DNA of 24,000 nucleotides. Source: Nocardia miyunensis NBRC 108239. Its GTDB lineage: Bacteria > Actinomycetota > Actinomycetes > Mycobacteriales > Mycobacteriaceae. Both the position numbers and the translations under genes were made by a program. The notes under the pieces are model-generated. The model saw only the letters and a list, made by a program, of their open reading frames with translations, did no database searches and was not told the DNA's origin. Below, one piece after another: positions 6,154 through 15,024 of this stretch (the stretch's first letter is position 1; each line of letters starts with the position of its first letter). The stretch lies in contig NZ_BDBQ01000051.1 of NCBI RefSeq assembly GCF_001613065.1, forward strand, positions 104,429-128,428. The letters run 5' to 3'.

Positions 6154-9100
6154 ACGTGTCCTCCATCGTTGTGCTGCGCGTCGTGTTGTTCGAGCCCGCC
6201 GCCGGACCGATTTCCGTTGTACCCGTTTTCGTCCCCGTACGACGTGAGGCCCGCGCGTCCACTGCGTACACCGCTGAGGTGCCGGGACAGATTGCTGCGG
6301 ATTTCCTCGGGATCGGGGGCGCCGGTGTCGGCGGGTGGAGTCAAGCCGCCCGGGACGAGCTGAGCGCCCGGGTTGCGAATGGGAAGTCCACCGGAGGTCC
6401 GGTGGTCCATGGTCGGTTTGCTGGCTTCTTCGGCCGCGGCCCAGCCCGCGTCGGCGGGGGAGGACCAGGCGCCGCCGGGTTCGCTCGCCGAGGGCTCGAC
6501 CAGCCACTCCGAGACCATGCGCTGGTAGATGGGCGATTCGGCGGGTTCGAGGGCGCCGGGCTGCTGGACCGGCAGCGTCGCGGTCTGCGCCCACAGGTCC
6601 GCTGGCTCGGAATCCCAGGACGGGGTGCGGGCCGGTTCGGGGGGCGCGGGGGCCGGGGTGTTGCCGGGCATCGGCGGGAATTCACCCGACGGCCAGGGCT
6701 CGGCCGCGGGGCGCCGGCGTCGGGGGCGCAGGATCTGCTCACCGCCGGGTCCGGATCCGGTCGTCGAGTTCGGTGTCCGGGACGTGGAATCCAAACTGCC
6801 CCAGGCCTGTTCGGTCGCGGCAGGCTGCTCGGGGCGCGTGTCGGCCCAGAACTGTTGTGCCGGTTCGGATCCGGTCTCTTCCCAGCGCACCGCGCCGGAC
6901 CACGCGTCGCCGCTCCGCCAGCGGGCGATGTCCGGGCCCTGCTGGTACTGCGGTTCTTCGGCATCCCAATCCTGCTGCGCCGGAACCGATTCCGGTGAAT
7001 ACCAACTCGATGCGGAGTTCGACCAGTCCTGCACCACCGGTTCGTCGTCGTCCTCGTCCCGGTCCGGCTGTGACAATACCGACCGGTCGGGGACGGCCCA
7101 GGGGTCTCGGGCGGTCTCGCCCGCATGGGCGAACGGATTCGGTTCCTCGTCCTGCGGCTGATAGCCGATCACGTTGTCGGAGACCGGCTCCGGGTCTTGG
7201 CGGGAGACGAACAGACCGGTGGGTCCGTCGTCGGGGGCCGGCTCGGGATCGTGCTGGGAGACGAACAATCCGGTGGGCTCGTCGGCGCCGGACGAGGACT
7301 CCGCGGCGGATTCGGAATCCCCGCGCGCCGGGCGGCGCTGCGGCAGCGGGGTCACCGAGGAACCGAACAGCGGCACCGGAGCCGGGATGTCCTCGGGCGC
7401 GGCATGGGCCGGTGTCGAGGTCGGCGTGGCGGGCAGCGGTGCGCCCGGGAATTCGCCGGACTCCGGCTTGTCGGAGGTGATCAGGGATTTCGGCAGATGG
7501 ACCGTGGCGGTGATGCCCGGCTGCTGCGCCATCGTGGAGGTGCGGCGCAGGCTGACGGTGACCGTATGGCGCTTGGCGAGCCTGCCGACCACGTAAAGGC
7601 CCATGCGGCGGGCGGTTTCGACGGTCACCTCACCGCCGGAGGCCAGCCGGTCGTTGATCTCGCGCAGATCGTCACCGGACATGCCCAGGCCGCGGTCGGT
7701 GATCTCGATCAGATAGCCGCCCTCGGGCGCCGCGGACACCGACACCGCGACCGGTGTGCTCGGCGGCGAGTAGCGCAGCGAGTTGTCGATCAGCTCGGCC
7801 AGCAGATGTTCGATGTCGACCGCGGGCTCACCGGCGACGACGCCGTCGGGCACCGCGCCGATCTCCACGCGCTGATAGTCCTCCACCTGGGAGACCGCAC
7901 TCCAGAGCATGTCCGAGAGCGGCACCGGGGGCAATTGGCCGCGGCGCAACGCGGTTCCGGCCAGCACCAGCAGGTTGTCGCCGTTGCGGCGCATGCGGGT
8001 GGCCAGGTGGTCCAGGCGGAACAGGCTCTGCAGCCGCCCCGGATTCTCCTCGTCGCGTTCGAGATCCTCGATCAGCGTCAACTGCTGCTCGACGAGGGAT
8101 TGGCTACGCCGCGAAAGGGTTTCGAACATGCTGCTGATCAGCAGTCGCAGGCGGGCCTGATCGGCGGCCAGGTGCAACGCCTGGCGGTGCATGTCGTCGA
8201 CCGCGCGGGCCAGCTGGCCGATCTCCTCGGTGGTCTGCACGTCGACCGGGAGGATCTCGGGGGTCGCGCCGCCGTCGCGCACCACCGACAGCTCGGCGGG
8301 CAGGTCCACGTGGGCGACCTGCAGCGCGCCGCGCCGCAGCCGCCGCACCGGCACGACCAGGGAGCGCGCCACCGCAAGCGCCAGCGCCAGGCCCGCGAGC
8401 ATGGTCAGGACCACGGACGCGACGTCACGAAGCACGGTGCTGCGCGCATCGATCGAGGTGCGGCTCAGACCCGAGGTGATCAGGTCGGCCACGTGGTTGA
8501 TCGCCTCGGAATAGGTGGTGGCGCTGCGCCGCAGCGAATCGTCCACCCCGGCTATCGTCCTGGGCTCGGCCGAGTTCTGGCTCAGCGCGCGCAACCGGGT
8601 CTGCTGGGCGTCCAGCAGGATATCCGGCTTGTACGCCGAGGTCGGCTGGACCACGGCGTACTGGTTGATCATGGTGAGTTCGGAACCGGTCGCGGTGAGC
8701 GCCTGCGCCATCATCGCCGGATTGTTGCTGATCTCGCCGCTGCCGATGATGAGCTGCTGTTGCAGGAACATCCGGCGCGCGATGGTGAGATCGCCGAGCT
8801 GGGTGTAATACCGCTCGAGCGTCGTCTCCTTGGGCGTGATGAGCGTGGTGACGGCGTTGCTGATGTGGGTGGCCACCTCGTCGGCCTCGGTGCCGAGCAC
8901 CTGGGCCGAACTGCCGTGCAGGCTGTTGCGCATCCCGCGTCCGGTGGACAGCGCGTCGGTGATCTCGGTGCTCACCTGCTGGTCGACCCGCGCCAGCGGC
9001 AGTGCCGACTGGAGGTTGGCCGCGGTCTGGTCGAAGCGCGCGGAGACCTGGTCCAGCGTCGCCTGCCCGAGGCGGTCGCCGGTGCCCGCGGCGACCGCGA

Positions 9101-9317
9101 GATCATCTGCGGCGGAACCGAAGTCGAGCAGCGGGCGAATGATCTGCGCCTGCTGGGTCGCGACGTTCAGTTGCGAGATGGTGCCCAGTTCGCCCCGGAT
9201 TCGCAGGACGGCGAAGACCGAGGCCAGCACGACGGGCAGGAGCAGCACGATGCCGACCTTGCTCGTCACCGAGAGGTTGGACAGATTTTGCTGCCATGGT
9301 CGCGGTGCAGTTCCCAT
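6150..9317 (-). CDS. cvnA: Conservon sensor histidine-kinase-like protein CvnA with a roughly 450-aa disordered Pro/Glu/Asp/Trp-rich tail
   Basis: It has an N-terminal TM helix ([16 protein letters not shown]), a long helical sensor region, a second TM helix plus a HAMP-like segment ([26 protein letters not shown]), and HATPase_c motifs ([30 protein letters not shown]). A low-complexity tail follows. Confidence 0.9.
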   Translation of the reverse strand: MGTAPRPWQQNLSNLSVTSKVGIVLLLPVVLASVFAVLRIRGELGTISQLNVATQQAQIIRPLLDFGSAADDLAVAAGTGDRLGQATLDQVSARFDQTAANLQSALPLARVDQQVSTEITDALSTGRGMRNSLHGSSAQVLGTEADEVATHISNAVTTLITPKETTLERYYTQLGDLTIARRMFLQQQLIIGSGEISNNPAMMAQALTATGSELTMINQYAVVQPTSAYKPDILLDAQQTRLRALSQNSAEPRTIAGVDDSLRRSATTYSEAINHVADLITSGLSRTSIDARSTVLRDVASVVLTMLAGLALALAVARSLVVPVRRLRRGALQVAHVDLPAELSVVRDGGATPEILPVDVQTTEEIGQLARAVDDMHRQALHLAADQARLRLLISSMFETLSRRSQSLVEQQLTLIEDLERDEENPGRLQSLFRLDHLATRMRRNGDNLLVLAGTALRRGQLPPVPLSDMLWSAVSQVEDYQRVEIGAVPDGVVAGEPAVDIEHLLAELIDNSLRYSPPSTPVAVSVSAAPEGGYLIEITDRGLGMSGDDLREINDRLASGGEVTVETARRMGLYVVGRLAKRHTVTVSLRRTSTMAQQPGITATVHLPKSLITSDKPESGEFPGAPLPATPTSTPAHAAPEDIPAPVPLFGSSVTPLPQRRPARGDSESAAESSSGADEPTGLFVSQHDPEPAPDDGPTGLFVSRQDPEPVSDNVIGYQPQDEEPNPFAHAGETARDPWAVPDRSVLSQPDRDEDDDEPVVQDWSNSASSWYSPESVPAQQDWDAEEPQYQQGPDIARWRSGDAWSGAVRWEETGSEPAQQFWADTRPEQPAATEQAWGSLDSTSRTPNSTTGSGPGGEQILRPRRRRPAAEPWPSGEFPPMPGNTPAPAPPEPARTPSWDSEPADLWAQTATLPVQQPGALEPAESPIYQRMVSEWLVEPSASEPGGAWSSPADAGWAAAEEASKPTMDHRTSGGLPIRNPGAQLVPGGLTPPADTGAPDPEEIRSNLSRHLSGVRSGRAGLTSYGDENGYNGNRSGGGLEQHDAQHNDGGHV
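7186..7293 (-). repeat. Two copies of a 54-bp in-frame tandem repeat inside the cvnA tail
   Basis: Units 7186-7239 and 7240-7293 are about 70% identical by my hand alignment. They encode [16 protein letters not shown] and [16 protein letters not shown]. Confidence 0.7.
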
Positions 9318-9721
9318 CCCGCTTCCGTCGCCTCCGCTCGCGCATTCGCCCTGGGGGTCCCACCGCGGCCGGTTCCCGGCTCACAGCCTCACCTCGCAGG
9401 TGCTCGGCCGCGCTGTGCCGAAGGCACTGTATCTTCGGCCAGCTCTCGAGCCCCCTCGCGGGCCTACGCAGATCCGCTGGCGCTCGAATTTGCGCAATGT
9501 GAACTGACGTTCTTCGGGTCCAACCGCCGGAGAACCGACTGTAGGTCTTCTTTTACGGCACGCAACATACCGCGTGAACTTGGCCACGGCAATTCGGACT
9601 TCCCTGCTCTGAAATCGCTAATTTCCCCACGCACAAGGTGTTTCATACGCTCGTATCCGCGCGAGCGAGTAAAGCGACTGGTCACCGGCTCGCGGTGAAC
9701 CGGCGTGTCGAACGGGGGGCT

Positions 9722-9738
9722 TCTCAGTGGACTCTCAG
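9722..9738 (+). promoter_or_regulatory. MprA-box-like direct repeat upstream of mprA
   Basis: TCTCAG-TGGAC-TCTCAG, with an 11-bp period, ends 24 nt upstream of the mprA ATG. The same architecture recurs upstream of pepD (12115-12131). Confidence 0.6.
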
Positions 9739-9761
9739 TCGGTGCGTTCAGACTGGACCAC

Positions 9762-10454
9762 ATGCGCATTCTGGTAGTCGACGACGACCGCGCGGTGCGG
9801 GAATCGCTGCGGCGGTCGCTGACGTTCAACGGCTACTCCGTCGAACTGGCGGTCGACGGGCTCGACGCTCTCGACCAGGTGGCCGCGCAGCGGCCCGACG
9901 CGCTGGTACTGGACGTCATGATGCCGCGGCTGGACGGCCTCGAGGTCTGCCGCCGACTGCGCAGCACCGGTGACGACCTGCCCATACTCGTTCTCACCGC
10001 ACGGGATTCGGTGTCCGAGCGGGTCGCGGGACTGGACGCCGGCGCCGACGACTACCTCCCCAAACCCTTCGCCCTCGAGGAGTTGCTGGCGCGGCTGCGC
10101 GCGCTGCTGCGGCGCACCTCGGCCGATCCGGCGGGCGCCGCCGAATCCGAGACGATGACGTTCGCGGATCTGTCGCTGGACCCGATCACCCGCGAGGTGT
10201 CCCGGGGCGATCGCGCCATCAGCCTCACCCGCACCGAGTTCGCACTGCTGGAAATGTTGATGGCCAATCCGCGCCGGGTACTCACCCGCAGCCGCATTCT
10301 CGAGGAGGTCTGGGGCTACGACTTTCCCACCTCCGGCAATGCCCTCGAGGTGTACATCGGCTATCTGCGGCGCAAGACCGAGGCCGAGGGCGAGCCCCGG
10401 CTGATCCACACCGTGCGCGGCGTCGGCTACGTGCTGCGCGAGACCCCGCCGTAG
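9762..10454 (+). CDS. mprA: OmpR-family response regulator MprA
   Basis: [30 protein letters not shown]...[17 protein letters not shown]...[34 protein letters not shown]...[16 protein letters not shown] is near-collinear with M. tuberculosis MprA as I remember it. I prefer ATG 9762 to the track GTG 9705, because the upstream 57 nt have low GC3 and contain the repeat box. Confidence 0.9.
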   Translation: MRILVVDDDRAVRESLRRSLTFNGYSVELAVDGLDALDQVAAQRPDALVLDVMMPRLDGLEVCRRLRSTGDDLPILVLTARDSVSERVAGLDAGADDYLPKPFALEELLARLRALLRRTSADPAGAAESETMTFADLSLDPITREVSRGDRAISLTRTEFALLEMLMANPRRVLTRSRILEEVWGYDFPTSGNALEVYIGYLRRKTEAEGEPRLIHTVRGVGYVLRETPP

Positions 10455-10456
10455 GA

Positions 10457-11977
10457 GTGGGCGTCATCGTGGGAAGGCATGTTCCGCGTTCGACCGCACG
10501 GGGTTCGGGCGGGCGCGGACGGGATGCGAACGGGCGTGGCCGCGACGTCGTGGCCGGACTGCGCCCGCGCACCGACACGCACGATCTGCGTCCGCCGATG
10601 CCGCTGACGCGCTCGGTGTCGCTGCGCTGGCGGGTGACGTTGCTGGCGGCCTCGGTCGTGGCGATCGCCGTGGCGGTCACCTCGATCGCCGCCTACGCGG
10701 TGGTGGCGCGCGCGCTGAATGCCGATCTCGACCAACAACTTCGGACCCGGGCGACCGGCATGATCGACCAGCGCCTGGACGCGCTGGACTATCAGGAGGT
10801 ACTGCAACTCGGCGCGCTGTACTCCAACGACGTGTCCATCGCGCTGAACTATCCCGGCAGCGATCAGTGGGTTTCGTTGTCCCGCAACTCCGATTCGCCG
10901 ATCGGGGCGCCCGAGGTCGCGGTCGCGCACGGCCGGTCCTCGTTCTCCCTGCGCACCAGCCGGAATCAGCGAGTGCTCGCCGAACATATGGAATCCGGTG
11001 CGACGCTGGTGATCTGGCAGTCCCTGGAACCGACCCAGGAGGTGCTCGACCGGCTGGCCCTGCTGCTGTTCGTGGTCGGCGGCTGCGGCGTCGTGGTGGC
11101 CGCGGCAGCGGGAGCCGCGGTGGGCCGCACGGGATTACGGCCGGTGGCGCGGTTGACCGCGGCCGCCGAACGAGTCGCGCGCACCGACGATCTGGCCGCC
11201 ATCCCGGTCACCGGCGACGACGAATTGGCCCGTCTCACCGAGAGTTTCAACACTATGCTGGTCGCCCTCGGCGAGTCGCGCGAGCGACAGCGGCGACTGG
11301 TCGCCGACGCCGGGCACGAGCTGCGCACGCCGCTGACCTCGCTGCGCACCAATATGGAACTGCTGATCGCCTCCTCCCGTCCCGGCGCGCCCCGGATTCC
11401 CGAGGACGACATGGCCGAGCTGCGCGCGGACGTGGTGGCCCAGATCGAGGAGCTGTCCACCCTGGTCGGCGACCTGGTGGATCTGGCCCGCGAGGACGCC
11501 CCGGAGGACGTCTACGAGCGGGTGGACGTCGGCGCGGTGACCGAGCGCGCGCTCGAGCGGGCGCGCCGCCGCCGCGCCGGGGTGGAATTCGTCGCCGAGC
11601 TGTGCCCCTGGTTCGTCTACGGCGACGAGGCCGGACTCGAACGAGCCGTGCTGAACGTCCTGGACAACGCGGCGAAATGGAGTCCGGCCGGAGATCAGGT
11701 GCACGTCACGATGGCCGAGACCGGGCCCGGACTCATGGAGATCACCGTCGACGACGCCGGACCGGGCATTCCGCCCGAGGAACGCCGCCTGGTCTTCGAA
11801 CGCTTCTATCGGACCACGGCCGCCCGGTCCATGCCCGGTTCGGGCCTCGGCCTGGCCATCGTGCAGCAGGTGGTGACCAAACACGGTGGGACGATCACCA
11901 TCGAGACCTCCGAACGCGGCGGTGCACTGGTCCGGATCGTATTGCCCGGCGAGAATGCCGTACCGCCGGTGCAATAG
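10457..11977 (+). CDS. mprB: Sensor histidine kinase MprB
   Basis: SVSLRWRVTLLAASVVAIAV (TM1), a HAMP segment (GLRPVARLTAAAERVARTDDL...ELARLTESFNTML), an H-box (DAGHELRTPLTSLRTN), an N-box (VLDNAAKWSP) and G-boxes (DDAGPGIP, GSGLGLAIVQQVV). The start is uncertain: GTG 10457 lies 2 nt after the mprA stop, and the alternatives are GTG 10469 and ATG 10598. Confidence 0.85.
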   Translation: MGVIVGRHVPRSTARGSGGRGRDANGRGRDVVAGLRPRTDTHDLRPPMPLTRSVSLRWRVTLLAASVVAIAVAVTSIAAYAVVARALNADLDQQLRTRATGMIDQRLDALDYQEVLQLGALYSNDVSIALNYPGSDQWVSLSRNSDSPIGAPEVAVAHGRSSFSLRTSRNQRVLAEHMESGATLVIWQSLEPTQEVLDRLALLLFVVGGCGVVVAAAAGAAVGRTGLRPVARLTAAAERVARTDDLAAIPVTGDDELARLTESFNTMLVALGESRERQRRLVADAGHELRTPLTSLRTNMELLIASSRPGAPRIPEDDMAELRADVVAQIEELSTLVGDLVDLAREDAPEDVYERVDVGAVTERALERARRRRAGVEFVAELCPWFVYGDEAGLERAVLNVLDNAAKWSPAGDQVHVTMAETGPGLMEITVDDAGPGIPPEERRLVFERFYRTTAARSMPGSGLGLAIVQQVVTKHGGTITIETSERGGALVRIVLPGENAVPPVQ

Positions 11978-12087
11978 CGCCGCGCGCAACGGGTAATAGG
12001 CCTGTGCAGTGCGCCTAATGCCATCGACGGGGATTCTTTCGGGCCGGTAGGTTGAGCATACGAAGGCGGCCCGCCCACGATCGCGGA

Positions 12088-12107
12088 AGAACTGATGGAG
12101 AACTGAT
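12088..12107 (+). promoter_or_regulatory. Perfect 9-bp direct repeat with an 11-bp period, immediately upstream of the pepD MprA-like box
   Basis: AGAACTGAT-GG-AGAACTGAT occupies 12088-12096 and 12099-12107. The one-helical-turn spacing is typical of winged-helix response-regulator sites. Confidence 0.35.
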
Positions 12108-12114
12108 AGCGCCG

Positions 12115-12131
12115 TCTCAGTTCGCTCTCAG
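12115..12131 (+). promoter_or_regulatory. MprA-box-like direct repeat upstream of pepD
   Basis: TCTCAG-TTCGC-TCTCAG ends 46 nt upstream of the probable pepD ATG (12177). It has the same half-site and spacing as the box at 9722-9738. Confidence 0.6.
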
Positions 12132-12176
12132 TCGATGTCATCAGTCTGGTCGGCAGACGTGAGGAGAAACGAGAAG

Positions 12177-14084
12177 ATGACCGAGGACCCGAAGGACAAC
12201 CGGGAACAGCCGCAGTCGTCGGCCGACTCGGAGTTGCGGGCGCAGACGCCCGATGCACAGCCGGCCGAACAGCAGTCACCCGATCCCGGTCGATCGGCGG
12301 GGTCCGCGCCCCAGGATCAGCCCGCTCAGCAGTCCGCGTCCCAGCCGGGGACGCAGGGCTCGGGCGCGCCGCAGTCGCCCTATGCGCCGCCCGCCTCCGC
12401 ACAGTCGCCGCTCGGGCAGGCACAGGGCGGGACGGAGTCGCCGTTCGGCCGGACGACGTTCGGCCAGCCGGGAGCGCAGGAGTCCGCCTCCCAGGGGTCG
12501 GCCGTGCCGCGGGCGCCGTTCACGCAGTCCGGCTCGTCGGAGTCGCCGTTCGGGCAGGCGTTGCCGGGCGGGTCGGAGTCGCCGTACGCCTCGTCGCAGT
12601 CGCCCTACGGCCAGTCCGGGGCGCCGGAATCGCCGTTCGGGCAGACCGCCTTCGGGCAGCAACCGTCGCCGTTCACCCAGCCGCCCTCCCCGTACTCGCA
12701 GTCCGGGCCGCAGCAGCCGGTCACGGGTCAGTTCCCGGCGACCGGCTCGGGTTCGGCGCCGGCGGGGTATTCGCCGTGGGCGTCCCGGGAGACGCCGACC
12801 CAGCACACCACCCCGATGCCGCCGTATCCGCACGCCTACGGCTCCGGTGGCGGGCAGCAACCGCCGACCGGTCCCTTGCCCACCGCCGCGGGCTCGCCCT
12901 TCGGTTCCGAGCACAGCACCGCCGCCTATGCGAGCGCGCCCTATGCGACTGCCGCGCCGCAGCGTCGCGGCCGGGCCGGACTGGTCGTCGGGGCGATCGT
13001 GCTGGCGCTGGTCGCGGGTGGCGTCGGTGGGGCGATCGGCGCGCTGGTGGCCGATTCGGGCGGCGGGTCCTCGGTCACCAATGCGCTGGACAACTCCTCG
13101 CCGAACGCGAATCCCGCCTCGGTCACCGCGCCCGCGGGATCGGTGCAGGCCGTTGCGCAGAAGGTCGTGCCGAGCGTCGTGATGATCAAGGTGGCCGGTG
13201 ATCGTGCCGAGGGCGAGGGCTCCGGGGTCATCCTGTCCTCCAACGGGCTGATCCTGACCAACAACCACGTCGCCAGCGGCGCCGGACCGGGCGCGAAGAT
13301 GCAGGTGCAGTTCAAGGACGGCAGCACCAGTTCCGCCTCGGTCGTCGGCGTCGACCCGATCTCGGATCTGGCGGTCATCAAGGCGGAGAACAAGTCCGGT
13401 CTGACGCCGATCGACCTGGGCACCTCCAAGACGCTCCAGGTGGGCCAGCCGGTCGTCGCGATCGGATCCCCGCTGGGCTTGGCCGGAACGGTCACCACCG
13501 GCATAGTCTCGGCGCTCAATCGCCCGGTGTCCACCAGCGGTGAGTCCGGTTCGACCGGCACCGTGATCTCCGCCGTGCAGACCGACGCGCCGATCAACCC
13601 GGGCAACTCCGGCGGCGCGCTGGTCGATATGAGCGGCAAACTGATCGGTATCAACACCGCGATCGCGACGCTGGGCGGCAGTTCGGACAGCAGCCAGCAG
13701 AGCGGCTCGATCGGCCTGGGCTTCGCGATCCCGGTCGATCAGGTGCGCCGGGTGGCCAACGAGCTGACCAAGACCGGCCACGCGACCTACGCCCAGATCG
13801 GCATGACCGTGCTGAATCAGGCGCCGAGCAACGTCAACGCCAACGGCGCGGTGGTCAAGGACGTCGCCGCCGACGGCCCGGCAGGCAAGGCGGGCATCCC
13901 GCCGGGCGTGGTGGTGACCAAACTCGATGATCTGGTGATCGACAACGGTGACGCGCTGGTCGCCGCGGTCCGCTCGCATCAGCCGGGCGACAAGGTCTCG
14001 CTGACCTACACCGACACCAACGGACAGAACGCGAAGACGGTCCAGGTGACCCTCGCCGGAGCCGCCGCGGACGGTGCCCATTGA
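12177..14084 (+). CDS. pepD: HtrA/PepD-family membrane serine protease (trypsin-like domain plus PDZ) with a long low-complexity N-terminus
   Basis: Catalytic triad context: TNNHV (His), DLAVIK (Asp) and GNSGGALV (Ser). A PDZ-like C-terminus follows (GAVVKDVAADGPAGKAGIPPGVVVTKLDD). There is one TM helix (LVVGAIVLALVAGGVGGAIGALVA). I prefer ATG 12177, which is preceded by GAGGAG, to the track ATG 12135. Confidence 0.9.
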   Translation: MTEDPKDNREQPQSSADSELRAQTPDAQPAEQQSPDPGRSAGSAPQDQPAQQSASQPGTQGSGAPQSPYAPPASAQSPLGQAQGGTESPFGRTTFGQPGAQESASQGSAVPRAPFTQSGSSESPFGQALPGGSESPYASSQSPYGQSGAPESPFGQTAFGQQPSPFTQPPSPYSQSGPQQPVTGQFPATGSGSAPAGYSPWASRETPTQHTTPMPPYPHAYGSGGGQQPPTGPLPTAAGSPFGSEHSTAAYASAPYATAAPQRRGRAGLVVGAIVLALVAGGVGGAIGALVADSGGGSSVTNALDNSSPNANPASVTAPAGSVQAVAQKVVPSVVMIKVAGDRAEGEGSGVILSSNGLILTNNHVASGAGPGAKMQVQFKDGSTSSASVVGVDPISDLAVIKAENKSGLTPIDLGTSKTLQVGQPVVAIGSPLGLAGTVTTGIVSALNRPVSTSGESGSTGTVISAVQTDAPINPGNSGGALVDMSGKLIGINTAIATLGGSSDSSQQSGSIGLGFAIPVDQVRRVANELTKTGHATYAQIGMTVLNQAPSNVNANGAVVKDVAADGPAGKAGIPPGVVVTKLDDLVIDNGDALVAAVRSHQPGDKVSLTYTDTNGQNAKTVQVTLAGAAADGAH

Positions 14085-14674
14085 GCCGCCCGCCCCGCAC
14101 CCTGACCCTGCTGACGGACGGCAACTCCGGCGGCGGGGGACCGGATTCCCTGTCACCCCTGGACGCTACGGTTAGCGGCATGGAAATCGATGCTCCTGTG
14201 GCGGGTCGTGCGCTCGTGGTGATTGTGGACGACCGGTCCGCCCATGGTGGGGAGGATTCGCTGGGTCCGCTGGTGACGGAGTTGCTCACCGAGGCCGGGT
14301 TCCTGGTCGACGCGACGGTCCTGGTGGCGGGCGACGAGGTCGAGATTCGCAATGCGCTCAACACCGCCGTCATCGGCGGTGTCGATCTGGTGATCTCGGT
14401 CGGCGGTACCGGCATGTCCCCGCGTGATGTCACCCCCGAGGCCACCTCCGAGGTGCTCGATCGCGAACTGCCCGGAATCAGCGAGGCGCTGCGTTCCTCC
14501 GGTCTGGCGGCGGGTTCGCTCGATGCCGGGCTGTCCCGCGGGCTGGCCGGGATCTCCGGCAGCACGCTGGTGGTCAACCTGCCCGGGACCAGGGCCGCGG
14601 TGCGCGACGGTATGGCCACGCTCGGCCCGCTGGTCAGCCGGGTCATCGATGAGCTGTCCGGTCTGGACGAGTAA
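14081..14674 (+). CDS. moaB: MoaB/MogA-family molybdenum cofactor biosynthesis protein
   Basis: GRALVVIVDDRSAHGGEDSLGPLVTELL...VDLVISVGGTGMSPRDVTPEAT...STLVVNLPGTRAAVRDG is a MoaB/MogA signature. TTG 14081 overlaps the pepD stop (TTGA), and the first 33 codons have about 85% GC3, so I keep the long form. ATG 14180 is the alternative start. Confidence 0.8.
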   Translation: MSRPPRTLTLLTDGNSGGGGPDSLSPLDATVSGMEIDAPVAGRALVVIVDDRSAHGGEDSLGPLVTELLTEAGFLVDATVLVAGDEVEIRNALNTAVIGGVDLVISVGGTGMSPRDVTPEATSEVLDRELPGISEALRSSGLAAGSLDAGLSRGLAGISGSTLVVNLPGTRAAVRDGMATLGPLVSRVIDELSGLDE

Positions 14675-14892
14675 TGAGCTCCACCCCGAACGATGACGAT
14701 CGAACCCTCCGCCCGCGCCGGGCGGAGGGTTCCGCACGTTCGGCGGCCGATGCGGCGAAGTTGGCGCGCATCTTCGGCGACACCCTGCCGCAAACCACCA
14801 GCGACGAGCGCGGTACCGACGGTGAATTCCCAACTGTGGGAACGTCATCGGACGATTGGCTGCGGTCTCAGGTCCCGCCGCATTACGGATGA
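14674..14892 (+). CDS. Small hypothetical protein (72 aa), start overlapping the moaB stop
   Basis: TAATG overlap at 14672-14676. GC3 is about 74% by my count. The sequence is acidic and disordered-looking and ends with DDWLRSQVPPHYG. The competing 14693..14992 ORF is Arg-rich junk. No family was recognised. Confidence 0.5.
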   Translation: MSSTPNDDDRTLRPRRAEGSARSAADAAKLARIFGDTLPQTTSDERGTDGEFPTVGTSSDDWLRSQVPPHYG

Positions 14893-15008
14893 TCACTCCC
14901 TCAGCGCACATGCGTCGCGCTGGCGCACTCGCGCCGAAACTTGCGCCGGAGCTATTTTGCGAGCGTTAACACGGTTTTTGCGCCGCGCGTAACATGCGTA
15001 CTTGCTAA

Positions 15009-15024
15009 TGTGATTTAGATCACA
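15009..15024. promoter_or_regulatory. Perfect CRP/GlxR-type site TGTGA-N6-TCACA
   Basis: TGTGATTTAGATCACA has both half-sites matching the consensus. It sits in the roughly 41-48% GC island between the moaB-cluster genes and the porin genes. TACGTT (15042-15047, TANNNT) lies about 30 nt downstream, compatible with a class II arrangement. Confidence 0.6.

Noticed and set aside
7125-9698. 857-aa plus-strand ORF antisense to cvnA. Similar long shadow ORFs: 1046..2293 (-), 12276..14156 (-), 20692..22179 (-), 3693..4721 (-), 6335..7480 (+) and 10867..12018 (+).
   Set aside because: Their compositions are Arg/Gly/Pro/Asp/His-rich with no recognisable motifs. Each lies opposite, or out of frame with, a gene carrying clear family signatures. 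Long stop-free antisense frames of this kind are the expected artefact in DNA of about 70% GC.
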